Below, piece by piece: positions 18,600 to 27,915 of a stretch of DNA of 64,000 nt. The stretch comes from Candidatus Latescibacterota bacterium. GTDB lineage: Bacteria > Latescibacterota > UBA2968 > UBA8231. The stretch's first letter is position 1, and every line of letters begins with the position of its first letter. Both the position numbers and the translations under genes were made by a program. The DNA lies in assembly GCA_029941315.1 (NCBI GenBank), contig JAPYQE010000003.1, positions 5,965 through 69,964 on the forward strand, in the 5' to 3' direction. Below the pieces are notes generated by a model. The model was not told the origin of the DNA. It saw nothing but the letters and a program-made list of their open reading frames with translations, and made no database searches.

Positions 18600-19307
18600 A
18601 TGGGTGAAGCTTCCTTAGTCGAGATGACCGTGGTCAAAGTCAGCCCTTATTTGCGAGAGGACAGACCCTTGGTGTGGTTGAGCGAGAAAGAAAGCGGACA
18701 ACCGCGGCTCCTGCCTATTGCCATTGGCGAATTCGAAGCCGCCGCGATCCAGATGCAACTAGAAAACGATGAACCCATCCGGCCTATTTCCTACGACTTG
18801 CTTTCCTCCATGCTCGACTGCCTCACCATTGGCGTGCGTCAGGTTATCATCCACAATGTGCGTCGCTCGATCTACTACGCCAAAGTAGTCATCGAAAAAG
18901 ATCACAAGATCAAGGACATTGACTCGCGCCCCAGCGACGCGATCGCCGTGGCACTGCGCACCAGTTCCCCGATCTATGTCGCACGTGAACTGCTCGATAA
19001 GGTCGGTCTAGAGCCGCTCGAAACCGAATTGGATATCGAACACACGCTGGACCGCTTCTACGAACTTGAGCCACAAATTTCCGAAGCGCTCAACCCAGAA
19101 GCCGAGGCGGCCAATATCAGTCTGCCCGAATCACAATTAGCACAAACGCCCAATCTCAGCGAAACTGAGCCACCTGCTGAAGAAGAAAAAAGTGAACTCA
19201 CTCTACTCCAACACCAACTACAACAGGCGGTTCTCTGCGAAGAATACGAAGAAGCCGCCCGACTGCGTGATGTAATTGATTCGCTGGAAGACAAAACTAG
19301 CCCCTAA
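18600..19307 (+). CDS. bifunctional nuclease (DUF151/BFN) domain protein with C-terminal UVR motif, paralog 2
   Basis: Same architecture as the upstream gene (IGEFEAAAIQM ... RPSDAIAVALRTSSPIYV ... EEYEEAARLRDVIDSLE), roughly 40-45% identical to it; a tandem duplication. Confidence 0.7.
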   Translation: MGEASLVEMTVVKVSPYLREDRPLVWLSEKESGQPRLLPIAIGEFEAAAIQMQLENDEPIRPISYDLLSSMLDCLTIGVRQVIIHNVRRSIYYAKVVIEKDHKIKDIDSRPSDAIAVALRTSSPIYVARELLDKVGLEPLETELDIEHTLDRFYELEPQISEALNPEAEAANISLPESQLAQTPNLSETEPPAEEEKSELTLLQHQLQQAVLCEEYEEAARLRDVIDSLEDKTSP

Positions 19308-19414
19308 GCTCTGTGTGTATTATAGTTTACCGCACTGAGTGAAGTCGCTGCTAAATTCCCCAAACACTAGTTTCGTCCATCCGTTTGTGTCTCGTCTCCT
19401 TACAAAAGTTGCCC

Positions 19415-19870
19415 ATGTCCTTATCGTCTCTTGTTTGTCTCGCCCTTTTAGTTTTCGCCAGTTGCAGCAGTGAAGAAGCTAATCAACGCTTCTCCGATCC
19501 GGCCGCTACTTTCCAAACGTACAAACACGCTCTGGAAGAGAGTGATTTTGACCTATTGTGGGAGTGTTTTAGTCTTTCGCAAAAGGAAAGTAGCGAACGC
19601 CAGGCTTGGATCGACGACTGGCGACAAAAGACGCAGAACGAAATCAAATCCCATCTCCGACGCGAAATCGCACAAGAACAAATCATCAATAAGCGCATTG
19701 CATATTTGCTCTTTGATACTTCGACCCTAGGCGATAAACGCGCTTCGCCATTTTTCTATTTTATCCACGAACCCGATGGCTGGAAAATCACCTCCCACCT
19801 CGATACTACCTTCCATCAGGAGCTAGAGCAGGCGATCGAAAGCGGCGAGTACAAACTTCCCGAGTTTTAA
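19415..19870 (+). CDS. hypothetical lipoprotein
   Basis: Start at the second Met gives a lipoprotein signal with lipobox LVFASC (MSLSSLVCLALLVFASCSS). No recognisable domain. Confidence 0.5.
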   Translation: MSLSSLVCLALLVFASCSSEEANQRFSDPAATFQTYKHALEESDFDLLWECFSLSQKESSERQAWIDDWRQKTQNEIKSHLRREIAQEQIINKRIAYLLFDTSTLGDKRASPFFYFIHEPDGWKITSHLDTTFHQELEQAIESGEYKLPEF

Positions 19871-19890
19871 AAATTGTAAAAATATTCCGG

Positions 19891-20382
19891 CTAAAACGAA
19901 ACGGGCCGCATATCGGCATAACGTTGGGGTCTCACCAACTCGGGAAATTGTTCCGTCCAAACCCGGCCCAACTGGCGATCGGCGACAGGCACGGCCCAAG
20001 CCGGCCCTTCTTTGAATGTCATGGTCGAATCTGCAGCTTCAAGGGTGGCCGACGTGGGCCAAAGAAGAATGGCAATAGCCGCGGCCAGGGCAAAACCCCA
20101 GGTTACCGGCCGCAACCAAGTCCACGACTCGCGGTAGACCTCCTCTTGCAAGCGATTGTTCAATCTCAGCTTGAAACCGGCCGACGACCGCGTTCCCCCC
20201 AGATTATGTAACGCCATACGGACTTGATGCATACCCGCAACAGTCTCCCGGCACGCCGAACAGACGCTCAGGTGATCTTGTAGGTGACCGACGGACCAAG
20301 AGTTTAGCGTTTTATCGATATAATCAGAGAAAAATGATTCGAAATCTTCGCAATTCAATGCAGATACAACCTCCTTTCGCAC
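19891..20382 (-). CDS. zinc-finger (ZAS, HxxxCxxC) anti-sigma factor, membrane-anchored; no adjacent ECF sigma gene
   Basis: N-terminal ZAS motif HLQDHLSVCSAC, a single TM (WGFALAAAIAILLW), and a short extracytoplasmic tail. Confidence 0.6.
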   Translation of the reverse strand: MRKEVVSALNCEDFESFFSDYIDKTLNSWSVGHLQDHLSVCSACRETVAGMHQVRMALHNLGGTRSSAGFKLRLNNRLQEEVYRESWTWLRPVTWGFALAAAIAILLWPTSATLEAADSTMTFKEGPAWAVPVADRQLGRVWTEQFPELVRPQRYADMRPVSF

Positions 20383-20472
20383 CGACTACCACGTGATAGG
20401 ACTTTTGCTCGACTCCAGTAGTTCCCAAAGCTAATCGCTGGAGAGTTCGTCAGAACGACCGATAAGGAGTAT

Positions 20473-20958
20473 ATGAGAGACTTGCTGCAACATAAATTGC
20501 CCGAACAAGTTAGTACGGATGCTCGCCGCTGGTTAGTCTTGCTTTTGGGCTCCATACTGCTGCTGGGTGCATCGGGCTGCGCACTGCGCACGATCCCGCC
20601 GATTCGCTATGTCCCGATATTTGGCAAAGAAAAGGACATCACCACTACGCATGTCCTGGCCAAGGCCCTTAAGGACCGCGATTTGGCCGTCCGTGCCCAG
20701 GCCGTAAAACTATTGGGCATTCTCAGCCAGAGCACTAACAAAAAGATAAAGAAGGCGTCGGCTCAAGTCCTCGGGATAGCGGCCAAAGATAGCGACCCTG
20801 GTATCCGGCTCCAGGCCATCGAAATATTGGGCAAGATGGAGGAGAAGTACGGTAATAAATTTCTTCTGAATGCACTAAAAGATCCGAACCCCTTTGTGCG
20901 TGAACGGGTACTGCAAGTGCTCAACGAACGCCAATCCCAATTGAGTAACTCTTCTTAG
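20473..20958 (+). CDS. HEAT-repeat (PBS-lyase-like) lipoprotein
   Basis: Lipoprotein signal (LLLGASGCAL) and three or more HEAT-like repeats (DRDLAVRAQAVKLLG, DSDPGIRLQAIEILG, DPNPFVRERVLQVL). Confidence 0.6.
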   Translation: MRDLLQHKLPEQVSTDARRWLVLLLGSILLLGASGCALRTIPPIRYVPIFGKEKDITTTHVLAKALKDRDLAVRAQAVKLLGILSQSTNKKIKKASAQVLGIAAKDSDPGIRLQAIEILGKMEEKYGNKFLLNALKDPNPFVRERVLQVLNERQSQLSNSS

Positions 20959-20971
20959 GACTGTAACATTC

Positions 20972-21505
20972 TTAAGCGGGCGGGTCTAGTCCCATTGTTC
21001 CCATAACAGCTGTTAACGCTCCCCACTGTTTGTCGTCCATCGCCACCCCCAAAGCTAGCCAAGCCAAAACGTCGCGTTTTTTCTGCATCTTACGCGCTTT
21101 GCTAATTGCATCTAGCCACGCCCGGTCACTAAGCAAGGATTGCGTCTCCGCATCAGCGAGCGCATCCAATAGAGCCGGTTCTAAAGGCTCCTTACTAGCC
21201 AAAAGCTGACGAACGACCGGATCAGCCAATGAACGCGCCATCTTCGCGAAAAGCGCGCGCCCCTCCTCCGAACCTGCCTTGGCTTGATAGGCGGCGAGCA
21301 ATACCTCGCTAGAATCCAGTTCTAAAACTTCGGCCAATTTAATACACACTTCATCGGAAGGGACTTTCTCCCCCTTCTCGATCTGGCCTATATATGTTGC
21401 CCATACGCCTTCAGGTTTTTGCGCCGTTATAAGTTGCTCAGCTAACCCGCGTTGACTGAGGCGGGCTTGTAACCGAGCTCCTTTGATCATTTCTGCAAAC
21501 TGCAT
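20972..21505 (-). CDS. XRE-family helix-turn-helix transcriptional regulator with a C-terminal helical domain
   Basis: HTH_XRE at the N-terminus (ARLSQRGLAEQLITAQKPEGVWATYIGQIEKGEKVPSDEVCIKLAEVL). Confidence 0.65.
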   Translation of the reverse strand: MQFAEMIKGARLQARLSQRGLAEQLITAQKPEGVWATYIGQIEKGEKVPSDEVCIKLAEVLELDSSEVLLAAYQAKAGSEEGRALFAKMARSLADPVVRQLLASKEPLEPALLDALADAETQSLLSDRAWLDAISKARKMQKKRDVLAWLALGVAMDDKQWGALTAVMGTMGLDPPA

Positions 21506-21649
21506 TTTAAGGTTCCTCTACAGTGTTTATCTTTTATATCATGAGCGGTTTAATCTGAGAAGAAATAAACCCTATTACAAGATAAATATGAACACTTACA
21601 AGTGTGTGTGCAAGTCTAAGTCATGGTTTTTGGAAAGTAAAATTTCTCC

Positions 21650-21678
21650 TTGACAACACAATCTAGCGTGTGTATCTT
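21650..21678 (+). promoter_or_regulatory. sigma-70-type promoter candidate (TTGACA-N17-TATCTT)
   Basis: Perfect -35 hexamer TTGACA at 21650-21655, a 17-nt spacer, and a TATCTT -10 at 21673-21678. It sits in a 450-bp non-coding gap. Confidence 0.4.
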
Positions 21679-21684
21679 TCCAAA

Positions 21685-21963
21685 GATTGAAGTACACCCT
21701 GCGGGCCAATATAGTCCACACACACTAGGCAGTGTTTGGGCTAAGAGGCTAAATGAGATTTCAGTGTGGCGGTCCGCTATCGTGGCTAAAATCCTGATCC
21801 GCAAAGCTCGGATTCCCCTTTCTGGGTCTTTGAGGTCTTCAAAATTACCTCCCCACACCGCCTCGTTTGAAGGTCTCAATTGCGGTTCAAGATCACATTA
21901 TATGGCCGCCACACTCTTGTTTTTCTTTTTAAAACAGCCCATCTTTGATGGGCTGTTTTTTTG
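21685..21963 (+). ncRNA. candidate structured non-coding RNA or long regulatory leader (about 280 nt, promoter to intrinsic terminator), identity unknown
   Basis: It is bounded by the promoter candidate and a strong rho-independent terminator, with no credible ORF. It has a long-range complementary pair cagtgtggcgg (21764-21775) and ccgccacactc (21905-21918), a local hairpin ATCCG/CGGAT, and several GUGUG/CACAC tracts. Confidence 0.3.
21930..21963 (+). terminator. rho-independent terminator (aaaacagccca-tctttga-tgggctgttttttt), bidirectional A/T flanks
   Basis: An 11-bp perfect stem with a 7-nt loop, followed by T7 and preceded by A4. It lies 37 bp upstream of the GT4 start. Confidence 0.7.
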
Positions 21964-21999
21964 TTCTCCCATTTCTCTCTACCAAATTCCTTAATAACC

Positions 22000-23118
22000 A
22001 TGCGCATCTGTATGGTCGCCTTTACCGACCTGCACTTCGACTATCGCATCTACCGCGAAGCTACTGCTCTACGCCGTGCTGGTCATGAGGTCGCTATCGT
22101 CGCCTCTTCGTTCACTCCAGCCCCGCTCGAGGGCTGGGATGATTTCGACATCCACTTAATCCCAATAGACCGCAACCGATCACTACGCCGTCTCTACCCC
22201 CTTTTTTGGCGGCGAGCTTATCCGCTCTTGCTCGACACCCGCCCAGACGCCTACCACGCCCATGACCTAGACGCACTGTGGCCAGCAGTTCGGGCGGCGC
22301 GACGGTTACGCCGCCCCTTGGTCTACGACTCACATGAATTTTGGATAGAACAATCTTCGTTGGTCAACCGACCGCTCATGCGATCTTTCTGGAGCTTGTT
22401 AGAACGTCATTTAATAAAACGAGTCGACCGCGTTATCACTGTCAGCCAATCTATAGCCGAATCGCTCAAGACGCGCTATGGGCTGGGTGAGGTCGTCATT
22501 TTGCGCAATTTTCCGCTATTTCGGGAGAAGGTGCAAAGCGATTTAATCCGCGAAACTCTGGATCTGCCTGCCAACCGCCCCATCGTGCTTTATCAAGGAG
22601 GTTTTCTCACCGAGAATGGCCTGCGCGAGCAAATTGAAGCCGCTACCGGTTTCGGCGATGCTGCGCTTGTCTTGATTGGAGATGGCCCGAGCGAAAAGGC
22701 ATTGAAAGAGCAAGTGCGCGACGGCGGTTTGCAGGATCGGGTCTTTTTTATTCCTAGAGTGCCTTTCCACCAACTTCACGATTATACTTGTTCGGCCGAT
22801 TTAGGGCTGTGCCTAATCAAAGACGCGGGCAAAAGCTTCTACTATTCTTTGCCCAACAAACTTTTTGAGTATATGATGGCTGGTCTACCGGTCCTCGCCA
22901 GCAATTTTCCCGAAATGCAGCGCGTCGTCAACGAGACCCATACCGGCGTCACGATTGATCCAACCGATATCGACGCTATCCGGCAGCAAGTCACCGAATT
23001 GTTGTCCGACGATAAACGACGGGCAACCTGTAGCCAAGCCTGTTTAGAGGCCGCGCAGCACTATCACTGGGAGCGAGAAGCCGATCAACTCACAGGCCTC
23101 TACTCAACCCTGGGATGA
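22000..23118 (+). CDS. glycosyltransferase family 4 (GT-B, group 1)
   Basis: GT4 C-terminal signature (FPEMQRVVNE...E region; the EX7E-like YSLPNKLFEYMMAGLPVLAS). Start at ATG 22000 (MRICMVAF). Confidence 0.75.
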   Translation: MRICMVAFTDLHFDYRIYREATALRRAGHEVAIVASSFTPAPLEGWDDFDIHLIPIDRNRSLRRLYPLFWRRAYPLLLDTRPDAYHAHDLDALWPAVRAARRLRRPLVYDSHEFWIEQSSLVNRPLMRSFWSLLERHLIKRVDRVITVSQSIAESLKTRYGLGEVVILRNFPLFREKVQSDLIRETLDLPANRPIVLYQGGFLTENGLREQIEAATGFGDAALVLIGDGPSEKALKEQVRDGGLQDRVFFIPRVPFHQLHDYTCSADLGLCLIKDAGKSFYYSLPNKLFEYMMAGLPVLASNFPEMQRVVNETHTGVTIDPTDIDAIRQQVTELLSDDKRRATCSQACLEAAQHYHWEREADQLTGLYSTLG

Positions 23119-24047
23119 GCACTCTGCTATCAATCAGTCTAGTAATGCCGACCTTCGACGAGCCGGAACGCCTCGAAGCAGCGCTTAAAAGCCTCTCACA
23201 ACAAGATTATCCCCGTGAGGCGACCGAAATCATCGTGGTCGACGACGCCTCTCGGCATTTGAATGTAGAGCGACTCGATACAGCGCTAGCCCCATTTGAA
23301 CTGCACTTGATCCGCAATGAACAAAACCAAGGCCGAGCTCGGGCTCGCAATTCGGCCCTGCGTGTGGCGACGGGCGATATCGTCATTTTTTTAGATAGTG
23401 ATATGACGGTGGGTCCCGATTTCCTCCGCGCCCATGCCGAACGGCACCAAACCCACCCTGAAGCAATTTTCATCGGTAATATTCGCTTCGCCAGCGAAAT
23501 CCCTACAACCCATCTAACGCGTTATATCGAGGGGCGAGGAGTTCACGCAGTGGATGAAGAAAAACCGATGCACTTCAAGTGCTTCGTCACCGGGAACTCC
23601 TCTGTCCGCCGGTCGTCCCTAAGCCGCGTGGGATTTTTTGACGAGGACCTCACCGCCTATGGCGGCGAAGACCTTGAATTGGGCTATCGACTTCATTTAG
23701 CTGGTGTTCCGCTCTATTACGCTCCAGAAGCTCTATCGCACCACCACCATCTGCGTGCTTTTGAACCTTTATGCCGTCTTATGCAAACATATGGCAAGCA
23801 ATCGATTCCCATCTTGTTGCGCAAACACCCCGAGTTGGATAAGGTCCTTCGATTAGATGCGATTGGAGCCGCTGCACTCTCACCACGTCACCTTGCCTTC
23901 CGTTTAGCCTTGTCGCCACTAATTCACTATCCGATTCGCTGGTTAACCCGCTGGTTTGTAGAATACTATGTCCCCGGTCTGTTTTTCAGCTATCTATTCT
24001 GGTCTAGCCGTACACGAGGTTATCTACACACACTGCAGACGCGCTAG
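23115..24047 (+). CDS. glycosyltransferase family 2 (GT-A)
   Basis: N-terminal GT2 signature (LSISLVMPTFDEPERL...IIVVDDAS...DSDM). The start overlaps the GT4 stop (ATGA). Confidence 0.75.
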   Translation: MSTLLSISLVMPTFDEPERLEAALKSLSQQDYPREATEIIVVDDASRHLNVERLDTALAPFELHLIRNEQNQGRARARNSALRVATGDIVIFLDSDMTVGPDFLRAHAERHQTHPEAIFIGNIRFASEIPTTHLTRYIEGRGVHAVDEEKPMHFKCFVTGNSSVRRSSLSRVGFFDEDLTAYGGEDLELGYRLHLAGVPLYYAPEALSHHHHLRAFEPLCRLMQTYGKQSIPILLRKHPELDKVLRLDAIGAAALSPRHLAFRLALSPLIHYPIRWLTRWFVEYYVPGLFFSYLFWSSRTRGYLHTLQTR

Positions 24048-24145
24048 GCCGGGGATTCAACTTGCGAATTTTGCGGCAACATCTATCTTTCGTGAAACCA
24101 TTCCAGACCTATAAAGTCCGGCCTTCTGGCAAAGGAGGGATCACA

Positions 24146-24655
24146 TTGAACCATGTATCGTTCGTCATATTCGCTCTTATCGCCACATTCGCCCTAGCAC
24201 CACACGCAAATGCGCAAGCGCCTAAAAAACCAGGCCAGACGATCTTCGGCGAAGATCGCAAAGCGACCATGAAGGCCATGCGCGGTATTTCAAAAGCGCT
24301 GGGAGAAAAGTGCACCTATTGCCACGTCAAAGAAGGTGGTAAGGTCGTCTACACGACAGATACGCCGCACAAACAAGCCGCACGACAGATGAAATCTGCC
24401 TTTATCGACAGCCTAGTGGCGAATGGCCAAGCGGAGGCGTCTTTTGATCACCATGGCAAGAGCAAAGTGATTAAAGCAAGCTACATAACCAAAGGCGATG
24501 ATGCCGGCATCCATCTGATGGCCCAAGAAGGCGAGGGCGAACAACACACGCTCTTTGTCAACTTGCCCAAAAAAGGGGAAGCACTTAACTGCAAGACTTG
24601 CCATGGCGGCAGGGTGCATATACTAGCCAAAGAAGAAGAAAAAATAACGCCTTAG
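24146..24655 (+). CDS. secreted di-haem c-type cytochrome (two CXXCH motifs)
   Basis: CTYCH and CKTCH motifs. A TTG start at 24146 is preceded by a perfect AAGGAGG Shine-Dalgarno 7 nt upstream and yields a clean signal peptide (MNHVSFVIFALIATFALAPHANA). The track's ATG 24062 adds an unlikely basic extension. Confidence 0.65.
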   Translation: MNHVSFVIFALIATFALAPHANAQAPKKPGQTIFGEDRKATMKAMRGISKALGEKCTYCHVKEGGKVVYTTDTPHKQAARQMKSAFIDSLVANGQAEASFDHHGKSKVIKASYITKGDDAGIHLMAQEGEGEQHTLFVNLPKKGEALNCKTCHGGRVHILAKEEEKITP

Positions 24656-24709
24656 GGCCATAATACTTGCGCAAAGACCTTCGGTATTTCCGGAGGTCTT
24701 TGCTGCCTT

Positions 24710-25561
24710 ATGAACACTGCCTACCCCAACCTCAGTCAAATTCTCCGCGTAAGCCTACCAGCGCTTCTACTGGCGCAATTCTTAATATGGCCCATCATCG
24801 GCCTGTCCCTCCCTTATATAGGCATAATCGCTGCCGAAATGACCCTGCTGTGGTTTATGGCCCTTCATATCCGCCGCTATCGCCTATCGTCTGAAAACCT
24901 ACTGCTGCTCAACGCCACACCACTTTCGACTCTGCTACTGACGATTCCCATCGCCATTTGTTGCAGTTTAGTTGTTGCAGAACTTGATCTGCATATAGCG
25001 AATCTCTTGACTATACTGGACTTAGAGATGCCGCTGTCCTTTCAGAAAAATCTATTAGAACTACAGATCTTCAACGAAATTACGGAGGTACCTGGAGGAT
25101 TAACTGCGTTGGTATTAGTTCCTGCATTTTGCGAAGAGCTTTTCTTTCGCGGTTTTGTGCTTTCCGGCCTCTATACCCACTATGGCCCACGCTGGGCTTT
25201 GTTCGGGTCCGCCTTGCTCTTTGCCGCCTCGCACTTTAACCCTTGGCAGTTCATCCCCCTCTTCATCTTTGGGCTCTTTTTGGGCGCCTTGGTCTACTGG
25301 ACCCATAGCATCTACCCCGCCCTCTTCGCGCATGCAATCAATAATCTGGCCTCAGTCGCAGGTATCAATCTCCGCACCCATTGGGGAATAGAGGAACTCG
25401 GCCCCACACAGCATCTGCCCATTGCAATGACCCTATGCGCAGCCCTAGCGTTATTGGCCGGCCTCTTCTTGCTCAGCCGGCAAGTGGCCATCATGCCGCT
25501 TTCAATAGGCAAAAAAACCAGCGCAGAATTGCCCTCCGCCGGCCCACCTATTTTTAACTAA
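24710..25561 (+). CDS. CPBP-family (CAAX/Abi) intramembrane metalloprotease
   Basis: Motifs EELFFRG, FAASHF and FAHAINN on a polytopic membrane scaffold. Confidence 0.75.
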   Translation: MNTAYPNLSQILRVSLPALLLAQFLIWPIIGLSLPYIGIIAAEMTLLWFMALHIRRYRLSSENLLLLNATPLSTLLLTIPIAICCSLVVAELDLHIANLLTILDLEMPLSFQKNLLELQIFNEITEVPGGLTALVLVPAFCEELFFRGFVLSGLYTHYGPRWALFGSALLFAASHFNPWQFIPLFIFGLFLGALVYWTHSIYPALFAHAINNLASVAGINLRTHWGIEELGPTQHLPIAMTLCAALALLAGLFLLSRQVAIMPLSIGKKTSAELPSAGPPIFN

Positions 25562-25698
25562 ATTCGTTGGGTGCCTAGTGGCGATAGGGAGCATGCTCCG
25601 CGTTGTCAGGTCTTATTTTTCTTTAGATTCCTTAGAACACAGAAAGCCCCACCGACCACGGTAGATCGATGGGGCTCTTTTATGCTTTTTTATTCTGC

Positions 25699-26568
25699 TT
25701 AGCCCAGCGCTTTCTCCACGGTCTCGCCAATCTCCGCCGGACTCTCACATACATGAATCCCCGCGTCTCTCATGGCCGCCATTTTGTCGTCCGCGGTGCC
25801 CTTACCACCCGAAATTATCGCACCCGCATGGCCCATCCGACGCCCTGGTGGTGCCGTACGGCCGGCGATAAAGCCGATAACAGGTTTGTCGTAATGCTCT
25901 TTAACATAGGCGGCGGCTTCTTCTTCGGCCGTGCCACCGATCTCACCGATCATAACCACAGCATCGGTCTCCGGATCGTCTTTGAAAAGAGCAAGAGCAT
26001 CGACAAAGCGCGTACCGATAATTGGATCGCCGCCGATGCCGATAGCCGTGGACTGACCCAGACCCCGGTCGGAAAGCTGACCCACTGTTTCATAGGTCAA
26101 GGTGCCGCTGCGGGAGATGATGCCAACTCGGCCTGGCTGGTGGATAAAACCGGGCATAATGCCGATCTTGCATTTGCCTGGGGTGATGATTCCCGGGCAA
26201 TTAGGCCCGATCAACCGCGTATCGCGCGACTGGATATAGTGATAAACCTTAACCATATCTGCTTCGGGAATGCCTTCGGTAATACAGACAATCAACTCAA
26301 GGCCAGCATCTGCCGCTTCCATGATCGCATCCGCGGCAAAAGGCGGCGGCACGAAAATGATGGAGACATTTGCACCGGTCGCCTCGACCCCTTCGGCGAC
26401 GGTGTTGAAGACAGGCACACCCTCAAAGTCTTGACCACCCTTACCCGGTGTTACCCCACCGACGACTTGCGTGCCGTATTCGATCATTTGTTTGGTATGG
26501 AAAGATCCTTCTTGGCCTGTAATGGCCTGTACGAAGACCTTCGTATTTTCGTCAACTAAAACACTCAT
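25699..26568 (-). CDS. sucD: succinate--CoA ligase [ADP-forming] subunit alpha
   Basis: CoA-binding Rossmann domain plus the phosphohistidine loop (GHAGAII..G.GTA). Confidence 0.9.
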   Translation of the reverse strand: MSVLVDENTKVFVQAITGQEGSFHTKQMIEYGTQVVGGVTPGKGGQDFEGVPVFNTVAEGVEATGANVSIIFVPPPFAADAIMEAADAGLELIVCITEGIPEADMVKVYHYIQSRDTRLIGPNCPGIITPGKCKIGIMPGFIHQPGRVGIISRSGTLTYETVGQLSDRGLGQSTAIGIGGDPIIGTRFVDALALFKDDPETDAVVMIGEIGGTAEEEAAAYVKEHYDKPVIGFIAGRTAPPGRRMGHAGAIISGGKGTADDKMAAMRDAGIHVCESPAEIGETVEKALG

Positions 26569-26580
26569 GCCCGATATCCC

Positions 26581-27738
26581 CTATTGAATGGCTGACGCGA
26601 CCTTTTCAGCCGCGTCCTTCAGCCCGTGCCCGACACTAAAATCCATGTCGGACTTTTCCAACATTTCAGCGGCGACATCCGCATTGGTGCCGGCGAGCCG
26701 CACCACCAGGGGCACGTTGACCTCGATGTTCTTGCGGGCTTGGATCACGCCTTCCGCGACACGGTCACAACGCACAATGCCCCCGAAGATATTAATAAGA
26801 ATGGCCTTTACATTTGGATCGGAAAGCAATATCCGAAAGCCGTTCTCCACGGTTTCAGCGCTGGCGCCGCCGCCGACGTCCAAAAAATTCGCCGGCTCGG
26901 CACCGGATAGCTTGATTATGTCCATGGTGGCCATTGCAAGACCTGCCCCGTTGACCATACAGCCAATATTGCCGTCGAGCTTGATATAGTTCAGATCGAA
27001 TTTCGAGGCTTCGACCTCTAACTCGTCTTCCTCGTCCAGATCGCGCAATTCGGCAAGGTTGGGTTGGCGGAAGAGCGCATTGGCGTCAAAGTTGATCTTG
27101 GCGTCCAGCGCCAAAACCTGTCCGTCGGCAGTAGTAACCAATGGATTGATTTCCGCGATAGAGCAGTCGGCGCCGATAAAGGCCTTATAGAGATTGAGAA
27201 TAAACCCGGACGCCTGACGCACTTGTTTCCCTTCGAAGCCGAGCCCAAAAGCTATGCGCGTCGCTTGAAAAGGCAGTAGCCCTACGCTGGGGTCGACCGT
27301 TTCCCTGAGAATCTTTTCGGGGGTTTCAGCAGCAACCTCTTCAATCTCGACCCCGCCCTCCCTGCTAGCCATCACCACCAGCTTGCTCTGCGCCCGGTCC
27401 AGCGTAATGCCTAGATAGAATTCGTGCTCGATATCCGAGGCTTTTTCTACCAAAACCTGCTTGACCTTTTGGCCTTCGGGACCGGTCTGGTGGGTTATAA
27501 GCTGCATGCCGAGAATTTCGCTGGCCGCTTCGCGAGCTTCCGTCGGATTGGTAGCTAACTTAACGCCTCCGCCCTTGCCCCGTCCTCCAGCGTGGATTTG
27601 CGCCTTGACTACGACTTTACCACCCAATTCCGTGGCAATGTGCTCAGCCTCATCAGCTGAGGTCGCCACCGATCCTTCGGGCACGGCAACTTTGTATTGC
27701 CGTAGGATTTCTTTAGCCTGATATTCATGGATTTTCAT
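26581..27738 (-). CDS. sucC: succinate--CoA ligase [ADP-forming] subunit beta
   Basis: ATP-grasp N-terminus ([12 protein letters not shown]) and the CoA-ligase C-domain. It is immediately upstream of sucD. Confidence 0.9.
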   Translation of the reverse strand: MKIHEYQAKEILRQYKVAVPEGSVATSADEAEHIATELGGKVVVKAQIHAGGRGKGGGVKLATNPTEAREAASEILGMQLITHQTGPEGQKVKQVLVEKASDIEHEFYLGITLDRAQSKLVVMASREGGVEIEEVAAETPEKILRETVDPSVGLLPFQATRIAFGLGFEGKQVRQASGFILNLYKAFIGADCSIAEINPLVTTADGQVLALDAKINFDANALFRQPNLAELRDLDEEDELEVEASKFDLNYIKLDGNIGCMVNGAGLAMATMDIIKLSGAEPANFLDVGGGASAETVENGFRILLSDPNVKAILINIFGGIVRCDRVAEGVIQARKNIEVNVPLVVRLAGTNADVAAEMLEKSDMDFSVGHGLKDAAEKVASAIQ

Positions 27739-27915
27739 TACATATTACCTTTGTAGTTGAAAATAAAAGAGTACGAAAACTTTGCTATGCGGGCAAGACA
27801 GGCTCGATATTCAATCGCCGATTAGATTATATTGCTGCAAATTAGTGGTCTTATTGTAGATGGGGTATTATCTTTTTATTACACTCCTAAGTCCGACCCG
27901 GAGGTAAGACAAAGC

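Noticed and set aside
21650-21994. 114-aa plus-strand ORF, and the 87-aa minus-strand ORF at 21616-21879, in the non-coding gap
   Set aside because: The plus-strand ORF reads straight through a strong intrinsic terminator and starts at the promoter -35. Both have implausible composition. The region is treated as non-coding RNA or leader instead.
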